Below, piece by piece: positions 44,109 to 54,934 of a stretch of DNA of 64,000 nucleotides. Both the position numbers and the translations under genes were made by a program. Where the stretch lies: NCBI GenBank assembly GCA_963705505.1, contig CAVPJU010000001.1, positions 224,001 through 288,000 on the forward strand, written 5' to 3'. The number at the start of each line of letters is the position of its first letter. Position 1 is the first letter of the stretch. The stretch comes from an uncultured bacterium. Its GTDB lineage: Bacteria > Desulfobacterota_D > UBA1144 > Nemesobacterales > UBA2774. Under the pieces are notes generated by a model. That model did not search any database. It had not been told where the DNA came from and worked only from the letters and a program-made list of their open reading frames with translations.

Positions 44109-45200
44109 TTAGCGGGAGAATACGACCATAAGGATTTCCGCCAGGATCAAAATAATAATGACCAGTTCCAGAGTTTGGCTTTGGGTCGTTCGCACCCGGT
44201 CGGTTAGCAACTGATATAGGCTGGCGATAATGTCGAGTTTGCGCGAAATGGCGCTCTCCCAATCTTGCAGATAGAGTCTTCGAGCGGCGACGGCATGAAC
44301 TCGGGCCAGATAGAGATCCCCAATCAGCTTGAGGGCATTATCAACCCTTTCGGCTAGCAACAGCGATTCGAGTCGTAGTTCGGCCAGTGCTTGAATCGCT
44401 TTCCGATTTGGCGTGCGCAACGGCACTAACCAATCTCTGTGTTTGAACGAGAGTCCTTGATAATCGCCGATGCGCCGATCCAGTTGCTCGTCCATATAGC
44501 GCGCTTCTAATAACTCCACGTTGAGTAATTCTAAGACATTGACGGTGTCTTGATAATCACGATCATAGACAAGCGCCGCATTCCAATCCACAATGACTAG
44601 ATCGTTCTTGTAGTAAGAGAGCCTTTGATTCAGCGCCTCCTCTTGCTGCTCTAAACTGAACGGCTGAGTTTCAAACCGCAGCACCTGTGCGATGAGTGAG
44701 CTGTGCTGCGCCAGCAAATCGGCGGCGGACCAGGGTTGGTCAAATTCCTCTATGACGAACAAATAATAATCTTCTACCAGAGGCGACAATTCAGGCCGGA
44801 TTACTGCCGAGCGAATTTCTTCCAGAAATACTTGAATCTGTTCCTTCGCCTGAGCTTCCAGATTACGGTCATGAAGCGTTCGACTGAGCGGTTGCAAATC
44901 TGCCAATGACAGGGCTTGCTGGCCGGTGGGCAGTGACCATTGATAAGCTATGCTGGCAGCGCCGAAATCAAAGACTGTGACCTGCGCTCGCCCTGCTTCA
45001 GAAAGAATGGGTCTTATCTCTCCCAAATTCACGACGAGAGGCGGCTTTGAATACTGTATGAAAGTGGGGGTCTGTTTTTTGGGCGAGAGCGGCTGCACAG
45101 GTGCTGATGAAGGCAACTTGCTAAGCTGCTCGAGCGACACCTCAAAGCCAATGTCAAAGGCAAAAAGAGCTATTACTCTGCCGTTCAAGATCTTCGTCAT
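44109..45200 (-). CDS. DUF155/RMD1-like membrane protein
   Basis: NVELLEARY.D, GDLYLAR, helical C-terminal region ending in LELVIIILILAEI. Confidence 0.6.
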   Translation of the reverse strand: MTKILNGRVIALFAFDIGFEVSLEQLSKLPSSAPVQPLSPKKQTPTFIQYSKPPLVVNLGEIRPILSEAGRAQVTVFDFGAASIAYQWSLPTGQQALSLADLQPLSRTLHDRNLEAQAKEQIQVFLEEIRSAVIRPELSPLVEDYYLFVIEEFDQPWSAADLLAQHSSLIAQVLRFETQPFSLEQQEEALNQRLSYYKNDLVIVDWNAALVYDRDYQDTVNVLELLNVELLEARYMDEQLDRRIGDYQGLSFKHRDWLVPLRTPNRKAIQALAELRLESLLLAERVDNALKLIGDLYLARVHAVAARRLYLQDWESAISRKLDIIASLYQLLTDRVRTTQSQTLELVIIILILAEILMVVFSR

Positions 45201-45278
45201 GCGATTAAGTCTACAGTCGGCAATGGGGTTTTTCTATAAAGCGATTTTTGGGTATATTTTCATTACTTTTCTCGGTCT

Positions 45279-45640
45279 AACCGGATGGTATATGGTCAGC
45301 GTTGGGAGAGATACATCCGGAGGGGGATGAGCAGAGGTGCTGGAACCACAAGATAACTAATGTTCTTGATGCAATGCCCAGGAGAGTAAGGGATGAGGCA
45401 GGGGAATATCTTAAGAGGATTCCCTACGCACAGACCCGGAAGGAATGTGAGAGGCTGAGGGATGAATTTGTTAACCGATTACAAGAGAGATTATCTAAAG
45501 GCAGCAGAGAAGCTTCTTACAGACTGGGAACGGATGGTTACTTTTTATTCTTATCCTCAAGAGCACTGGGTGCACATAAGGACAACCAATGTCGTTGAAT
45601 CGCCCTTTAGTTCAATAAGACTGAGGACCGATGCGCAAAA
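45279..45640 (+). pseudogene. IS256-family transposase fragment, frameshifted
   Basis: GIWSAL.EIHP...QRCWNHK in one frame and EHWVHIRTTNVVESPFS in another; N-terminus missing. Confidence 0.85.
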
Positions 45641-45683
45641 GGTTCAAGAAGGGGAGTTGATTCAAGCTTCAGGAACTTTGAGC

Positions 45684-45712
45684 AAAAAAAAGGGGAGCGG
45701 TTGCTCCCCTTT
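45684..45712 (-). terminator. Rho-independent terminator
   Basis: On the minus strand aaaggggagc-aacc-gctcccc followed by a T8 run, just downstream of the 45735 stop. Confidence 0.85.
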
Positions 45713-45734
45713 CGATATTTAGAGATTGCATTCC

Positions 45735-46055
45735 TTATTTAGCAGCATCATCCGGCATATCGCCACCGGGCGCTTCACCTTCTGTGGACTTATCCGTCGT
45801 TCCGGTATCGGCACCAGAACCGTTTGTAGCTTCGTCCGTCATCTCACCGCCGGGCTGCTCGCCTGGGGTAGCTTTATCGGCCGTGCCGGTGTCTGCACCA
45901 GAACCGTTTGTAGCTTCGTCCTTCATCTCGCCGCCGGGCTGCTCGCCAGCCGGCTGGTCCTGCGCTATTGAGGACACACTACCGAAAAAGGAATTTCCAC
46001 CGAGGGAAAGTCCAGTTATTAACAGCAAGCCAAACAAAACAGCAATTACTCTCAT
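45735..46055 (-). CDS. Small secreted acidic low-complexity protein with 28-aa tandem repeats
   Basis: Signal-like N-terminus; about 2.5 copies of GEQPGGEMxDEATNGSGADTGTxDKxTx; AGGAGG RBS, own promoter and terminator. Confidence 0.8.
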   Translation of the reverse strand: MRVIAVLFGLLLITGLSLGGNSFFGSVSSIAQDQPAGEQPGGEMKDEATNGSGADTGTADKATPGEQPGGEMTDEATNGSGADTGTTDKSTEGEAPGGDMPDDAAK

Positions 46056-46120
46056 GTCTTCAAACCCTCCTGATTTTTTTTTACCGACCGTATTTCCCCG
46101 GGCGGCTTTACTAATTATAG

Positions 46121-46136
46121 TGCAATTGTTGTACCA
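46121..46136 (-). promoter_or_regulatory. Sigma54 promoter
   Basis: Minus strand TGGTACA-ACAA-TTGCA, exact GG-N10-GC spacing. Confidence 0.7.
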
Positions 46137-46302
46137 GAAAACAACTACACGAAAAATCTAATTATTACAGATGGTTAAATTTACAAATAAAGATAACGGC
46201 CTTAAAGCTTACTTCGTTTGCGTTATAAACCACAATAAATTGTGCAATTTCACACATTTTGTTCACTCTTCTGGATTTCTCCGTATGATTAATGAGACGG
46301 TG

Positions 46303-47454
46303 CTAAGCACGGAAGTTTTTCAGGGCTTCCTTCATTTTAGAAACTGAAAGTTTTCGGAGTGCTTTCTTTTCGATCTGTCTTATCCTTTCCCTGGTGAGCT
46401 TGAATTTCCTGCCGATGTCGTCGAGCGTCACCACGTCGCTCCTGTCTATGCCGAAACGCATTCTCAGCACTTCTTCTTCTTTCGCACTGAGAAGCGCGAG
46501 GGAATTGCGTATGCTCTCTTTTAATTCGCAGTCCACGACAATGTGATCGGGCGAGATCGATTCTTCGTCCTCGATAAAGTCGTAAAGTGTCCTTCTCTCT
46601 CCATCGACCGGAGAATCGAGACTTACGGACTCATTCGTAATTTTCAGTATTCGCTTAACATACTTCAGCGGCACGCCTGAACGGTCTGAAATCTCCTCGG
46701 AGGTAGGGTTTTTGCCGGACTCTTTTAAAAGGAGCGACTTCGTGCGGTACACGCGGCTCGTTACCTCTAGCAGATACACGGGGACTCTTACCGCTCCCCT
46801 GTGAACCAGGATCGCTCTCGTTATGGCCTGATATATCCACCAGGACGCATAGGTGGAAAATCTATACCCTTTGGAGTAGTCGTATCTTTCGATCGCCTTC
46901 ATGAGTCCGATATTCCCTTCCTGTATCAGGTCGAGGAAAGGAAGACCGTGGTTCACATACCTCTTTGCGATGCTTATGACTAATCTGAGGTTGGCGCTCG
47001 CAAACCTTTTCCTTAACTTTTCAGCTTTAAGGGAATAAGCTTTTAGTGAGGCGTTAAGCCTGTTCCTGTTTTGATTGTGGTTGATGTGCCCGTTTGCGGT
47101 ACCGCCGTTCTCGGAGCTGTCGGGGAACCTCTCGAGGTACGATGTGATTTGTTTTATTTTATATTCACATTTTTTTATTTTTGCCGGTATCTCAACTTCT
47201 TCTTTAAGAGAGAGTAGAGGTTCTTTTGAAATGTCCCTGAAGTAATCGTTCAATATCCTGAACTGCTCGTCTTGTTTATCGTAGATATCCTCTCGTTCCG
47301 CATCGTCGAGGGCAGCCCCGTCATAGTCCTCGCCGCTCTCTTCAACGCTGAATATCTCATCGTCTGCAAAAATTTCCTCCACCGCTGCTTCTTCGAAGTG
47401 CTCCGCGTAGCTTTCAGCCCCAATTTCCGATGCGCTAATTTCGTCGTATTTCAT
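46303..47454 (-). CDS. Alternative sigma70-family factor (RpoD/RpoS-like, no region 1.1)
   Basis: Region 1.2 (Y.RDI...PLL), ANLRLVISIAKRY, DLIQEGNIGLMKA, RFSTYA.WWI, TRERIRQIE; ATG 47454 has a GAGAGG RBS. Confidence 0.9.
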   Translation of the reverse strand: MKYDEISASEIGAESYAEHFEEAAVEEIFADDEIFSVEESGEDYDGAALDDAEREDIYDKQDEQFRILNDYFRDISKEPLLSLKEEVEIPAKIKKCEYKIKQITSYLERFPDSSENGGTANGHINHNQNRNRLNASLKAYSLKAEKLRKRFASANLRLVISIAKRYVNHGLPFLDLIQEGNIGLMKAIERYDYSKGYRFSTYASWWIYQAITRAILVHRGAVRVPVYLLEVTSRVYRTKSLLLKESGKNPTSEEISDRSGVPLKYVKRILKITNESVSLDSPVDGERRTLYDFIEDEESISPDHIVVDCELKESIRNSLALLSAKEEEVLRMRFGIDRSDVVTLDDIGRKFKLTRERIRQIEKKALRKLSVSKMKEALKNFRA

Positions 47455-47576
47455 ATTCTCGTTCCTCTCTGAAAATTTTCTGTTACTTCTGATCGACAAT
47501 CGGTAGAAAGCAAATCAAAGCCTGTTTGGGTTTTAGGCTCACGGGTTATTGCCTCCCTTCTCTATACATTCATAAG

Positions 47577-47592
47577 CGCAATATGTGTGCCA
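47577..47592 (-). promoter_or_regulatory. Sigma54 promoter upstream of the sigma factor gene
   Basis: Minus strand TGGCACA-CATA-TTGCG, near-consensus. Confidence 0.75.
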
Positions 47593-48007
47593 TATAGCTC
47601 ATTTTTGCATTTTATGTGTGATGTCAAAGTGTTATACAAATCGGATTTTTTGTTAATGGCTGAATATGAGATGCATTGTGTAAAAATACACTGTTTGCGG
47701 TGTACGAAATTAACACAATATAAAGAGCGGCCAAGGCTTCAGGCGGGGTTTTGGAAAGAACGGGATATTCTTCCGCTCCCGAAAAAAAATATGCGCGGGC
47801 TGTTTACTCATATTGTATCTGCATGTTTAAGTTACTTTGCGTCCCTGAAAGCGTTGATAAGGTTTACGGACTTCCGCGGTGGAAGCATCCGGGTGAAAGC
47901 CTCGCATCTTCTGAAAGGACCCCTTCTTGAGGTTAATTGTCTGCCGAAGCGGGGTTTCTGTGCGCGAAACTTGAATTCTCTCCTTAAGTACCTGTAGAAT
48001 CTTATTA

Positions 48008-50539
48008 ATGTCAAAGGAGCTGAATGAAATACTGGAGGCGCTCGAGAGGCCCCTAAGATTCGCATCCAGGAACGACTACTCGAATTTGGAAAAGGTCAAA
48101 GCGCTCGACCAGCTTGTCGGGGATTTGACGCTAAAGGCGCTCTCCCTCCCGCTCAGCGCCGAACAGGTAAGGGATTTGGAATCCCTCAGGGATTATTTTT
48201 CCGAATACGAGAGCCTGGCTTCTTCCGGGAGGAGGGAGCTGATTGAAAAATCGTTGTCCATCCTCACACAATTGAAAAACGATTACGCTTCACATGGACT
48301 TAAAAAGGCGGCTGATAAGATGCCGTTATCAACTGAAGAGCATGCTGAGAATGAGGGAGCTTCGGTTCAGGATAGTCGTGGGGCGTCTTTTTCAGACACG
48401 AGGGAACCCGGCCGGATTCCGATTCAATATGTTAAGGGAGTAGGTCCGAGGATAGCCTCGCTGCTCAGGAAAAAAGGGCTCGAAACGGTTGAGGACGCGC
48501 TTTATTACTTTCCGAGGACTTACGAAGACAGGAGGACCGTCAAGAGCATATCGAAGATAAAACCGGGTCACCGCGAGACCGTAATGGGAAAGATAGTGCT
48601 TGCGGGAAAGGTCCGCACCAGAAGCAGAAGCCTCTATCAGCTGGTGGTTTCTGACGGAACGGGAACGGTCACCCTGGTATGGTTCCAGTTCAATGAGAAG
48701 TACTTGAGTAGCGCATATAAAAAAGGGACATCAGTAATCCTGACCGGCGATGTGAGCGTCGGCTACCGGGACGTGCTCCAGATTGTTCACCCAAAGCCTG
48801 AGGACATAGAGGTAATCGAAGAGGGCGAGGAGCTCGATGAGGGCCACGTCCATTTTAACCGTATAGTGCCGATATATCCCCTCACCGAAGGCTTGAAGCA
48901 GAGGCGCATGAGGAGGATCATGAAGTCTGTCGTGGACTCCTACTCCGCTTCACTTTCGTCAAACGCTCCTCAATCGATAAAGAAAAAAAGAGGGATCATC
49001 GATTTGAGCGATGCGGTATCGCGGGTCCATTTCCCGTCGAACGACGAAAGCTTGGTGGAGCTTTCCGATGAGGGCTCCGTCTACAAGTCGCCTCCTCATA
49101 AGACTCTCTCGTATTATGAATTCTTCCTGATGGAGCTCGGCCTCGCGCTCAAAAAGCGGGATGTTTCCCGATTAGAAGGCATCTCATTTCATCCAACCGG
49201 GGAGCTCACCGGGAAGCTCTTGTCCGGGCTCTCGTTTCAGCTTACATCCGCTCAGGAGCGCGTGCTGTCCGAGATAGAGGCGGATATGCGGGCGGGCAGG
49301 CCTATGAACAGGCTGCTGCAGGGAGATGTGGGGAGCGGCAAGACCATCGTAGCTCTTTTATCCATGCTGAAGGCTGTAGAGAGCGGGTACCAGGCGGTCC
49401 TCATGGCTCCTACGGAGATACTGGCGGAGCAGCACCTGTCGTCCGTCCTGAATTATGTAAAGGGAATGGGTGTCCGGGTCGTCTTTCTCAAGAGCGGCCT
49501 CGGGAGGGGCGAGAAGAATGCATATTACAGGGCGATCGCGTCGGGAGAGGCTCAGATCGCCATAGGGACACACGCGCTCCTTCAGGAAAGAGTGGACTTT
49601 AAGAAGCTGGGCATGGTGATTATCGATGAGCAGCACAGGTTCGGTGTCATGCAGAGGGCGGAGCTCATGAGCAAGGGAATTAACCCGGATGTGCTTGTAA
49701 TGACGGCGACCCCTATACCGCGTACTCTCGCCCTTACGGTCTTCGGCGACCTCGATGTTTCTATACTCGATGAGCTCCCGCCAGGGAGGAAGGAAATCAG
49801 GACGAAAGTGTATTATGACCAGAAGGGCTCACGCGAAAGGGCGTACGAAGCAGTCAGAAAGGAGATAGAGAAGGGGAGACAGGCCTATGTCGTCTATCCG
49901 ATGATCGAGGAGTCCGAGAACCCTGATTTCAAGGATCTGAAGTATGCGACTCAGATGGCAGAGGAGCTTAAAAACGACATTTTCCCCGAATTCAGGGTGG
50001 GTCTTCTTCACGGGAGGATGAAAGCCGAGGAAAAAGAGGCCGTGATGAAGAGGTTCATATCTCGCCATATAGATATACTCGTCTCAACGACGGTCATCGA
50101 GGTAGGGGTCGATGTTCCGAACGCTACGGTGATGGTCGTGGAAAACGCGGAGAGGTTCGGGCTCACTCAGCTCCATCAGCTGAGGGGGAGGGTGGGGAGG
50201 GGAGGGCACGATTCGGCATGCATCCTTATCTCGAGCTTCAGGAGGTCTGAGGACGCGGAGAAGAGGCTCTCTATAATGGAAGAGACCACGGACGGGTTTA
50301 AGATAGCCGAAGCCGACCTTTTGATAAGGGGCCCGGGAGATTTTCTGGGGACGAAGCAGTCGGGACTGCCTGAATTCAGATTCGCCGACCTGATAAGGGA
50401 TGCGAGAATTCTCGCGGAAGCGAGAGAGGACGCTTTTCAGATTGTAAACGAAGACCCCAGGCTGAGCGGGTACCCGGAATTGATGTCAGAGGTGGAAAAG
50501 AGGTACGGAGCAGTTTTTGAGCTAGGCGGAATATCTTAA
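48008..50539 (+). CDS. recG: ATP-dependent DNA helicase RecG
   Basis: YFPR.YED, QGDVGSGKT, DEQH, TATPIP, HQLRGRVGRG, RGPGDFLG. Confidence 0.96.
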   Translation: MSKELNEILEALERPLRFASRNDYSNLEKVKALDQLVGDLTLKALSLPLSAEQVRDLESLRDYFSEYESLASSGRRELIEKSLSILTQLKNDYASHGLKKAADKMPLSTEEHAENEGASVQDSRGASFSDTREPGRIPIQYVKGVGPRIASLLRKKGLETVEDALYYFPRTYEDRRTVKSISKIKPGHRETVMGKIVLAGKVRTRSRSLYQLVVSDGTGTVTLVWFQFNEKYLSSAYKKGTSVILTGDVSVGYRDVLQIVHPKPEDIEVIEEGEELDEGHVHFNRIVPIYPLTEGLKQRRMRRIMKSVVDSYSASLSSNAPQSIKKKRGIIDLSDAVSRVHFPSNDESLVELSDEGSVYKSPPHKTLSYYEFFLMELGLALKKRDVSRLEGISFHPTGELTGKLLSGLSFQLTSAQERVLSEIEADMRAGRPMNRLLQGDVGSGKTIVALLSMLKAVESGYQAVLMAPTEILAEQHLSSVLNYVKGMGVRVVFLKSGLGRGEKNAYYRAIASGEAQIAIGTHALLQERVDFKKLGMVIIDEQHRFGVMQRAELMSKGINPDVLVMTATPIPRTLALTVFGDLDVSILDELPPGRKEIRTKVYYDQKGSRERAYEAVRKEIEKGRQAYVVYPMIEESENPDFKDLKYATQMAEELKNDIFPEFRVGLLHGRMKAEEKEAVMKRFISRHIDILVSTTVIEVGVDVPNATVMVVENAERFGLTQLHQLRGRVGRGGHDSACILISSFRRSEDAEKRLSIMEETTDGFKIAEADLLIRGPGDFLGTKQSGLPEFRFADLIRDARILAEAREDAFQIVNEDPRLSGYPELMSEVEKRYGAVFELGGIS

Positions 50540-50574
50540 AATCTTTTTTCTGTCGTTTCCGGGACGGACTTCCC

Positions 50575-51834
50575 TTATCCTTCGAGTAGGAGCGATTCAG
50601 GGTCCTCTATCAGCTCCTTGACCCTGACCAGGAACTGGACAGCTTCACGGCCGTCGACGATCCTGTGGTCGTAGCTCAATGCGACGTACATCATCGGGCG
50701 GATCACTACGGCGCCGTTAAGGGCAACCGCCCTGTCTTCGATCTTATGAAGCCCTAGAATCCCGGACTGGGGTGGGTTCAGAATGGGAGTGCTCATAAGC
50801 GAGCCGAATACCCCGCCGTTCGTAATCGTGAAAGTGCCGCCCATAATCTCTTCGAGGGTCAGTGAGTTGTCCTCGGCCCTCTGCGCGTAGTCTTTGATCG
50901 ATTTCTCGATCGCCGCAAACGACATACTGTCGGCGTTTCTCAGGACCGGGACGACGAGTCCTTCTGTCGCTCCTATCGCCACACCGATATCGTAGTAATG
51001 CTTGATAATCATATCGTCGCCGTCGATCTCCGCGTTTACCTGAGGGAATTCCTTGAGGGCCCCTATGGCGGCTTTGACAAAGAACGAATTCAGACCCAGA
51101 CTAACTCCGTATTTTTCCTTGAAAGATTCCTTCCTCCGCTTGCGGAGTTCCATTACAGCGCTCATGTCGATCTCATTGAACGTGGTGAGCATGGCGGTCG
51201 TTTGAGTAGCTTCGAGCATCCTCCGTGCGATCGTCCTCCTCCGCCTGGACATCTTGATTCGCTCTTCCCTGGCGTCCCTCGAAATGCGGAGCACAGGCGC
51301 CTCTTTCGCCTCCACCAGAGCAGGGGATTTGGTCCTGAGCGGCTCTGCCTTCGATATCTCCGGCTGAGCCGCTTGTTCTGCCTTTTTCTCTATATAGATT
51401 TCGACGTCTTCCTTGGTTATCCTGCTGCTCGGTCCCGTACCCTCCACTTTGCCGAGGTCGACCTGCTTTTCTTCGGCAATGCGTCTTGCGACAGGGGTCA
51501 CTCTTTCCGCAGCGGGTTCGGGTTTCACTTTGATTTCTGCTTTTGGTTCCTCGACCGGTCTCGGGGTTTCCTTCGGCTTCGCTGCCTCGCCGACTTTGCC
51601 TTCTTCGATCACTCCCAGGACGTCACCCACCTCTACGTCCTCACCGTCCTTTTTCCTGATGCCGGTCAGTGTCCCCTCTTTCTCCGCAGCGACCTCGAAG
51701 TTCGCCTTTTCCGTCTCGAGCTCTACGAGCGGCTCTCCGATCTTTACAGGGTCTCCTTCAGACTTGAACCATCTCACTACGGTCGCCTCTACGACGGATT
51801 CCCCTAATTCGGGTACGGTGATATTTATAGACAT
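50575..51834 (-). CDS. sucB: 2-oxoglutarate dehydrogenase E2 (dihydrolipoamide succinyltransferase)
   Basis: Lipoyl domain (ELETEK), E3-binding domain, [17 protein letters not shown]. Confidence 0.95.
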   Translation of the reverse strand: MSINITVPELGESVVEATVVRWFKSEGDPVKIGEPLVELETEKANFEVAAEKEGTLTGIRKKDGEDVEVGDVLGVIEEGKVGEAAKPKETPRPVEEPKAEIKVKPEPAAERVTPVARRIAEEKQVDLGKVEGTGPSSRITKEDVEIYIEKKAEQAAQPEISKAEPLRTKSPALVEAKEAPVLRISRDAREERIKMSRRRRTIARRMLEATQTTAMLTTFNEIDMSAVMELRKRRKESFKEKYGVSLGLNSFFVKAAIGALKEFPQVNAEIDGDDMIIKHYYDIGVAIGATEGLVVPVLRNADSMSFAAIEKSIKDYAQRAEDNSLTLEEIMGGTFTITNGGVFGSLMSTPILNPPQSGILGLHKIEDRAVALNGAVVIRPMMYVALSYDHRIVDGREAVQFLVRVKELIEDPESLLLEG

Positions 51835-51850
51835 AGTATTTCTCCGGTAT

Positions 51851-54664
51851 TTAAACGTTTTTTACCCAGGTAATGCCTAATTCGTCGATGTTCGGGAGCT
51901 GCTTTCCGATCATGAAAACCTGTCTTACAAGCGCCTCCTGGTTGACTTTGTGCATCGAAGCGGTTCCTTCGGCCGGGCTCGAGTTCCGGCGCCTTCCCAT
52001 GAAATGAAGCGCGACTCGTCCCTTGATGAATTTCCTCAAGAACGGGTATATGAACATCCACGCCCCCATGTTCTCGGGTTCCTCCTGGAGCCAGACCACT
52101 TCCTTCAGCTTGGGGTATCTGTTCAATGCCTTCTGGAGCAGGGTCGTCGGGACCGGATAGAGCTGCTCCAGCCTCGCAATCGCAACATCCTTGGAATTTT
52201 GTTTTCTGAATTCACTGGCGATCAGGTCTATGTAGACTTTTCCGCTGCAGAGTATCAACCTTTTCACGGACTTGGCCCGTGTGTCGTTCATTTCGTCATC
52301 GATTACAGGCTGCCACGTTCCTTCCGAGAGGTCCCTTAATGAAGAGAAAATAAGCGGGTTCCGGAGAAGGCTCTTGGGTGTCATTATGATCAAAGGCAAC
52401 GGGTCTATGTCGAGCACCCCGGCCTGTCTTCTCAGGAGATGGAAATACTGCGCAGCTGTCGTGCAGTTCGCGATCCGCATATTCACTTCTCCGGCCGAAT
52501 CGAGGAATCTTCCCAGGCGGCCGCTTGAGTGATCCGGTCCCTGGCCCTCATAGGCGTGCGGCAGGAGGAGCACGAGGGACGGGGTCTGTCCCCATTTGGC
52601 CCTCGCCGAGACTACGTATTCGTCTATGATTGTCTGGGCGCCGTTTATGAAGTCCCCGTACTGAGCTTCCCAGATTACGAGCCGGTCGGGCGCCTGAATG
52701 TTGTATCCGTATTCGAACCCTATGCACGCGTTTTCTGTAAGCGGGCTGTTTAAGATTTCAAAAGCGGCTTTAGACTGCGGAATATTCTGAAGCGGGGTGT
52801 AGATTTTCCCCGTATTGAAATCGTGAAGCACCGCGTGCCTGTGGCTGAATGTGCCCCGCTCGGCGTCCTGTCCCGTAAAACGGATGGAGATTCCGTCCGA
52901 GAGTATCGACGCGAACGCCAGCTCCTCGGCCATAGACCAGTCCACTGTTCTGTCGTCCATGTTGGCGAGAGCGGTTTCCCTGCGCTCCCTCCCGCGCTTC
53001 AATTTCGAGTTGATTGTGAACCACTCGGGGAGTTTCAGGAGAGAGGCATTCAGCTCTCTCAATGTTTCCGCAGGCACTGAAGTAATCGTTTTTTGAGCCG
53101 CCCCTGCCGGGGGTTTACCGGACAGGGCCTCTTCGGGTATGTCCCGCGGTGTCAGGGATTCAAAATCGCTATGGAGTATTTCGTTGTATTTATTTACTAA
53201 TTCCTCGGACTCGTCCTTGTCCAATATCTTCCGTTCTACGAGTGTATCCGCCCAGACCTCCCTCACGGTCGGATGGTTATCGATTATCTTGTACATTTCG
53301 GGCTGGGTGAAAGCGGGCTCGTCGGCTTCGTTGTGCCCGTGCCGCCTGTAGCCCACGAGATCTATAAGGAAATCCTTCCTGAACCGCCTAAGGTATGCGA
53401 ATGCAAGGCGTGCGCATTCGATACATGCTTCTGGGTCGTCGGCGTTGACATGAACGATGGGGATCTCAAAACCCTTGGCGAGGTCGCTTGCGTAGAGCGT
53501 GCTGCGGCTCTCACTTGGCAAAGCCGTGTATCCAAGCTGGTTATTCGTGATGACGTGAATCGTGCCGCCCGTAAAGTAGCCGGGAAGTCTGCACATATTG
53601 AGAGTCTCGGAGACTATGCCCTGGCCGGGGAACGCCGCGTCCCCGTGGACGATGATCGGGAGAGAGAGTTCGGGGTTGAATTTAGGCGCTCCGACTCCGT
53701 TGACCGATGTACCGGCTGCTCGCGTCATCCCCTCTACTACCGGATTCACTGATTCCAGGTGACTCGGATTAGGGGCCAGGGTGATCTGCATTCCTATGGC
53801 TCTTCCGTTTTTAATTGCGTGCCGCGCCCCTTCGTGGTATTTGACGTCGCCTGTCCAGCCCATGTAGTCCCTGAAGTCCCTTTCCAGTATGGGGTCCTTG
53901 AACTTAATCAGTGTCCCTTTGTAAGCCTTGTTCATAACATGGTGCATCACATTGAGGCGGCCCCTGTGAGCCATACCTATAAGAATATGGTGCATGCCGG
54001 ACTCCGCGGACAAGCCGACTATTTCGTTCATGATCGGAACGAGCATATCCACGCCTTCTACGGAAAAACGGAATTTCCCTGGGAATATACGGTGGAGAAA
54101 CTTTTCCAGCACCTCCACTTTGGTAAGGCCTTCGAGAAGCAGTTTTTCATTAATCGGGTCCACGGGGGGTCTGAAGCTCCCTGTTTCCGCGGCCTCCCTG
54201 AGCCATTTCCTCTCTTCGAGCGAGTTTATGTGATAATAATCGTAACCCACCTTCGATGAATAGATTTTTCGGAGCTCCCCAATAGCTTCATAAGCGTTGG
54301 CCGTCTTCTCCGAGATGGGCTTGCCGATGAGGCTCGAAGGCAGCCGGGTGAGGTCTTCCGGCGTGAGGCCGTGAGTGGAGAGTTTGAGGGAAGGGTCTCC
54401 GGGCGGCGTACTGCCGAGCGGGTCTATATAGGCGTCGAGATGACCGAAAGCCCTTATCGCCTGAGCCAGGTTGACTGTCCCAACGATCTTTTCAACTTCA
54501 TGCTGGGTAATCTCGGCAGGTTCCTCTTCGTATATCTCCGGACGTATCTTGTCGAAGACCGCTCTTGTTGCGGAGTCGACCGAGTTCGGGTCCCTGAGAT
54601 AACGCTCGTACAGCTCAAGCACATAACCTGAGTTAGGTCCGTGAAAAATATGCGAAATATCCAT
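51851..54664 (-). CDS. sucA: 2-oxoglutarate dehydrogenase E1
   Basis: [38 protein letters not shown]. Confidence 0.96.
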   Translation of the reverse strand: MDISHIFHGPNSGYVLELYERYLRDPNSVDSATRAVFDKIRPEIYEEEPAEITQHEVEKIVGTVNLAQAIRAFGHLDAYIDPLGSTPPGDPSLKLSTHGLTPEDLTRLPSSLIGKPISEKTANAYEAIGELRKIYSSKVGYDYYHINSLEERKWLREAAETGSFRPPVDPINEKLLLEGLTKVEVLEKFLHRIFPGKFRFSVEGVDMLVPIMNEIVGLSAESGMHHILIGMAHRGRLNVMHHVMNKAYKGTLIKFKDPILERDFRDYMGWTGDVKYHEGARHAIKNGRAIGMQITLAPNPSHLESVNPVVEGMTRAAGTSVNGVGAPKFNPELSLPIIVHGDAAFPGQGIVSETLNMCRLPGYFTGGTIHVITNNQLGYTALPSESRSTLYASDLAKGFEIPIVHVNADDPEACIECARLAFAYLRRFRKDFLIDLVGYRRHGHNEADEPAFTQPEMYKIIDNHPTVREVWADTLVERKILDKDESEELVNKYNEILHSDFESLTPRDIPEEALSGKPPAGAAQKTITSVPAETLRELNASLLKLPEWFTINSKLKRGRERRETALANMDDRTVDWSMAEELAFASILSDGISIRFTGQDAERGTFSHRHAVLHDFNTGKIYTPLQNIPQSKAAFEILNSPLTENACIGFEYGYNIQAPDRLVIWEAQYGDFINGAQTIIDEYVVSARAKWGQTPSLVLLLPHAYEGQGPDHSSGRLGRFLDSAGEVNMRIANCTTAAQYFHLLRRQAGVLDIDPLPLIIMTPKSLLRNPLIFSSLRDLSEGTWQPVIDDEMNDTRAKSVKRLILCSGKVYIDLIASEFRKQNSKDVAIARLEQLYPVPTTLLQKALNRYPKLKEVVWLQEEPENMGAWMFIYPFLRKFIKGRVALHFMGRRRNSSPAEGTASMHKVNQEALVRQVFMIGKQLPNIDELGITWVKNV

Positions 54665-54738
54665 GTTTTCTTGCCCTTTTGATTCGAATCGTCAGTTTTC
54701 TGGACGGATTGGTATTAAAGTCTCAATTAATGAACATT

Positions 54739-54766
54739 ATATTAGCACAGGAATATTTTTGTGCAA
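54739..54766 (-). promoter_or_regulatory. Putative sigma70 promoter of sucAB
   Basis: Minus strand TTGCAC-16 bp-TAATAT with TGn extension. Confidence 0.45.
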
Positions 54767-54934
54767 TCCTGTTTTGCTTAAATATTCGCAATTACGATCG
54801 ATTTTGTTTCTATTCTCGGGATAGGACGATGGGAGGAATATACGGCCATAAAATAATTCAAAAAGCGTACGGAATAATTTGTTCGGGGTTATATCCCGTT
54901 TTTTGTTCTTTACCGTCCGATCACGGTCTCTAAG

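Noticed and set aside
45760..45960. Tandem 84-bp repeats as a possible CRISPR array
   Set aside because: In-frame coding repeats with no unique spacers and no cas genes; no CRISPR array was seen anywhere in the window
47587..48065. ORFs 47587-47997 (+) and 47832-48065 (-), or a structured RNA, in the sigma-recG intergenic region
   Set aside because: The ORFs overlap regulatory motifs or recG and have no recognisable domain; I could not match an RNA family by eye (an Rfam scan would settle it)
50998..51807. Long antisense ORFs (also 6470-7156, 11785-12585, 15740-16342, 30991-31671, 62018-62626)
   Set aside because: Shadow frames opposite well-conserved genes
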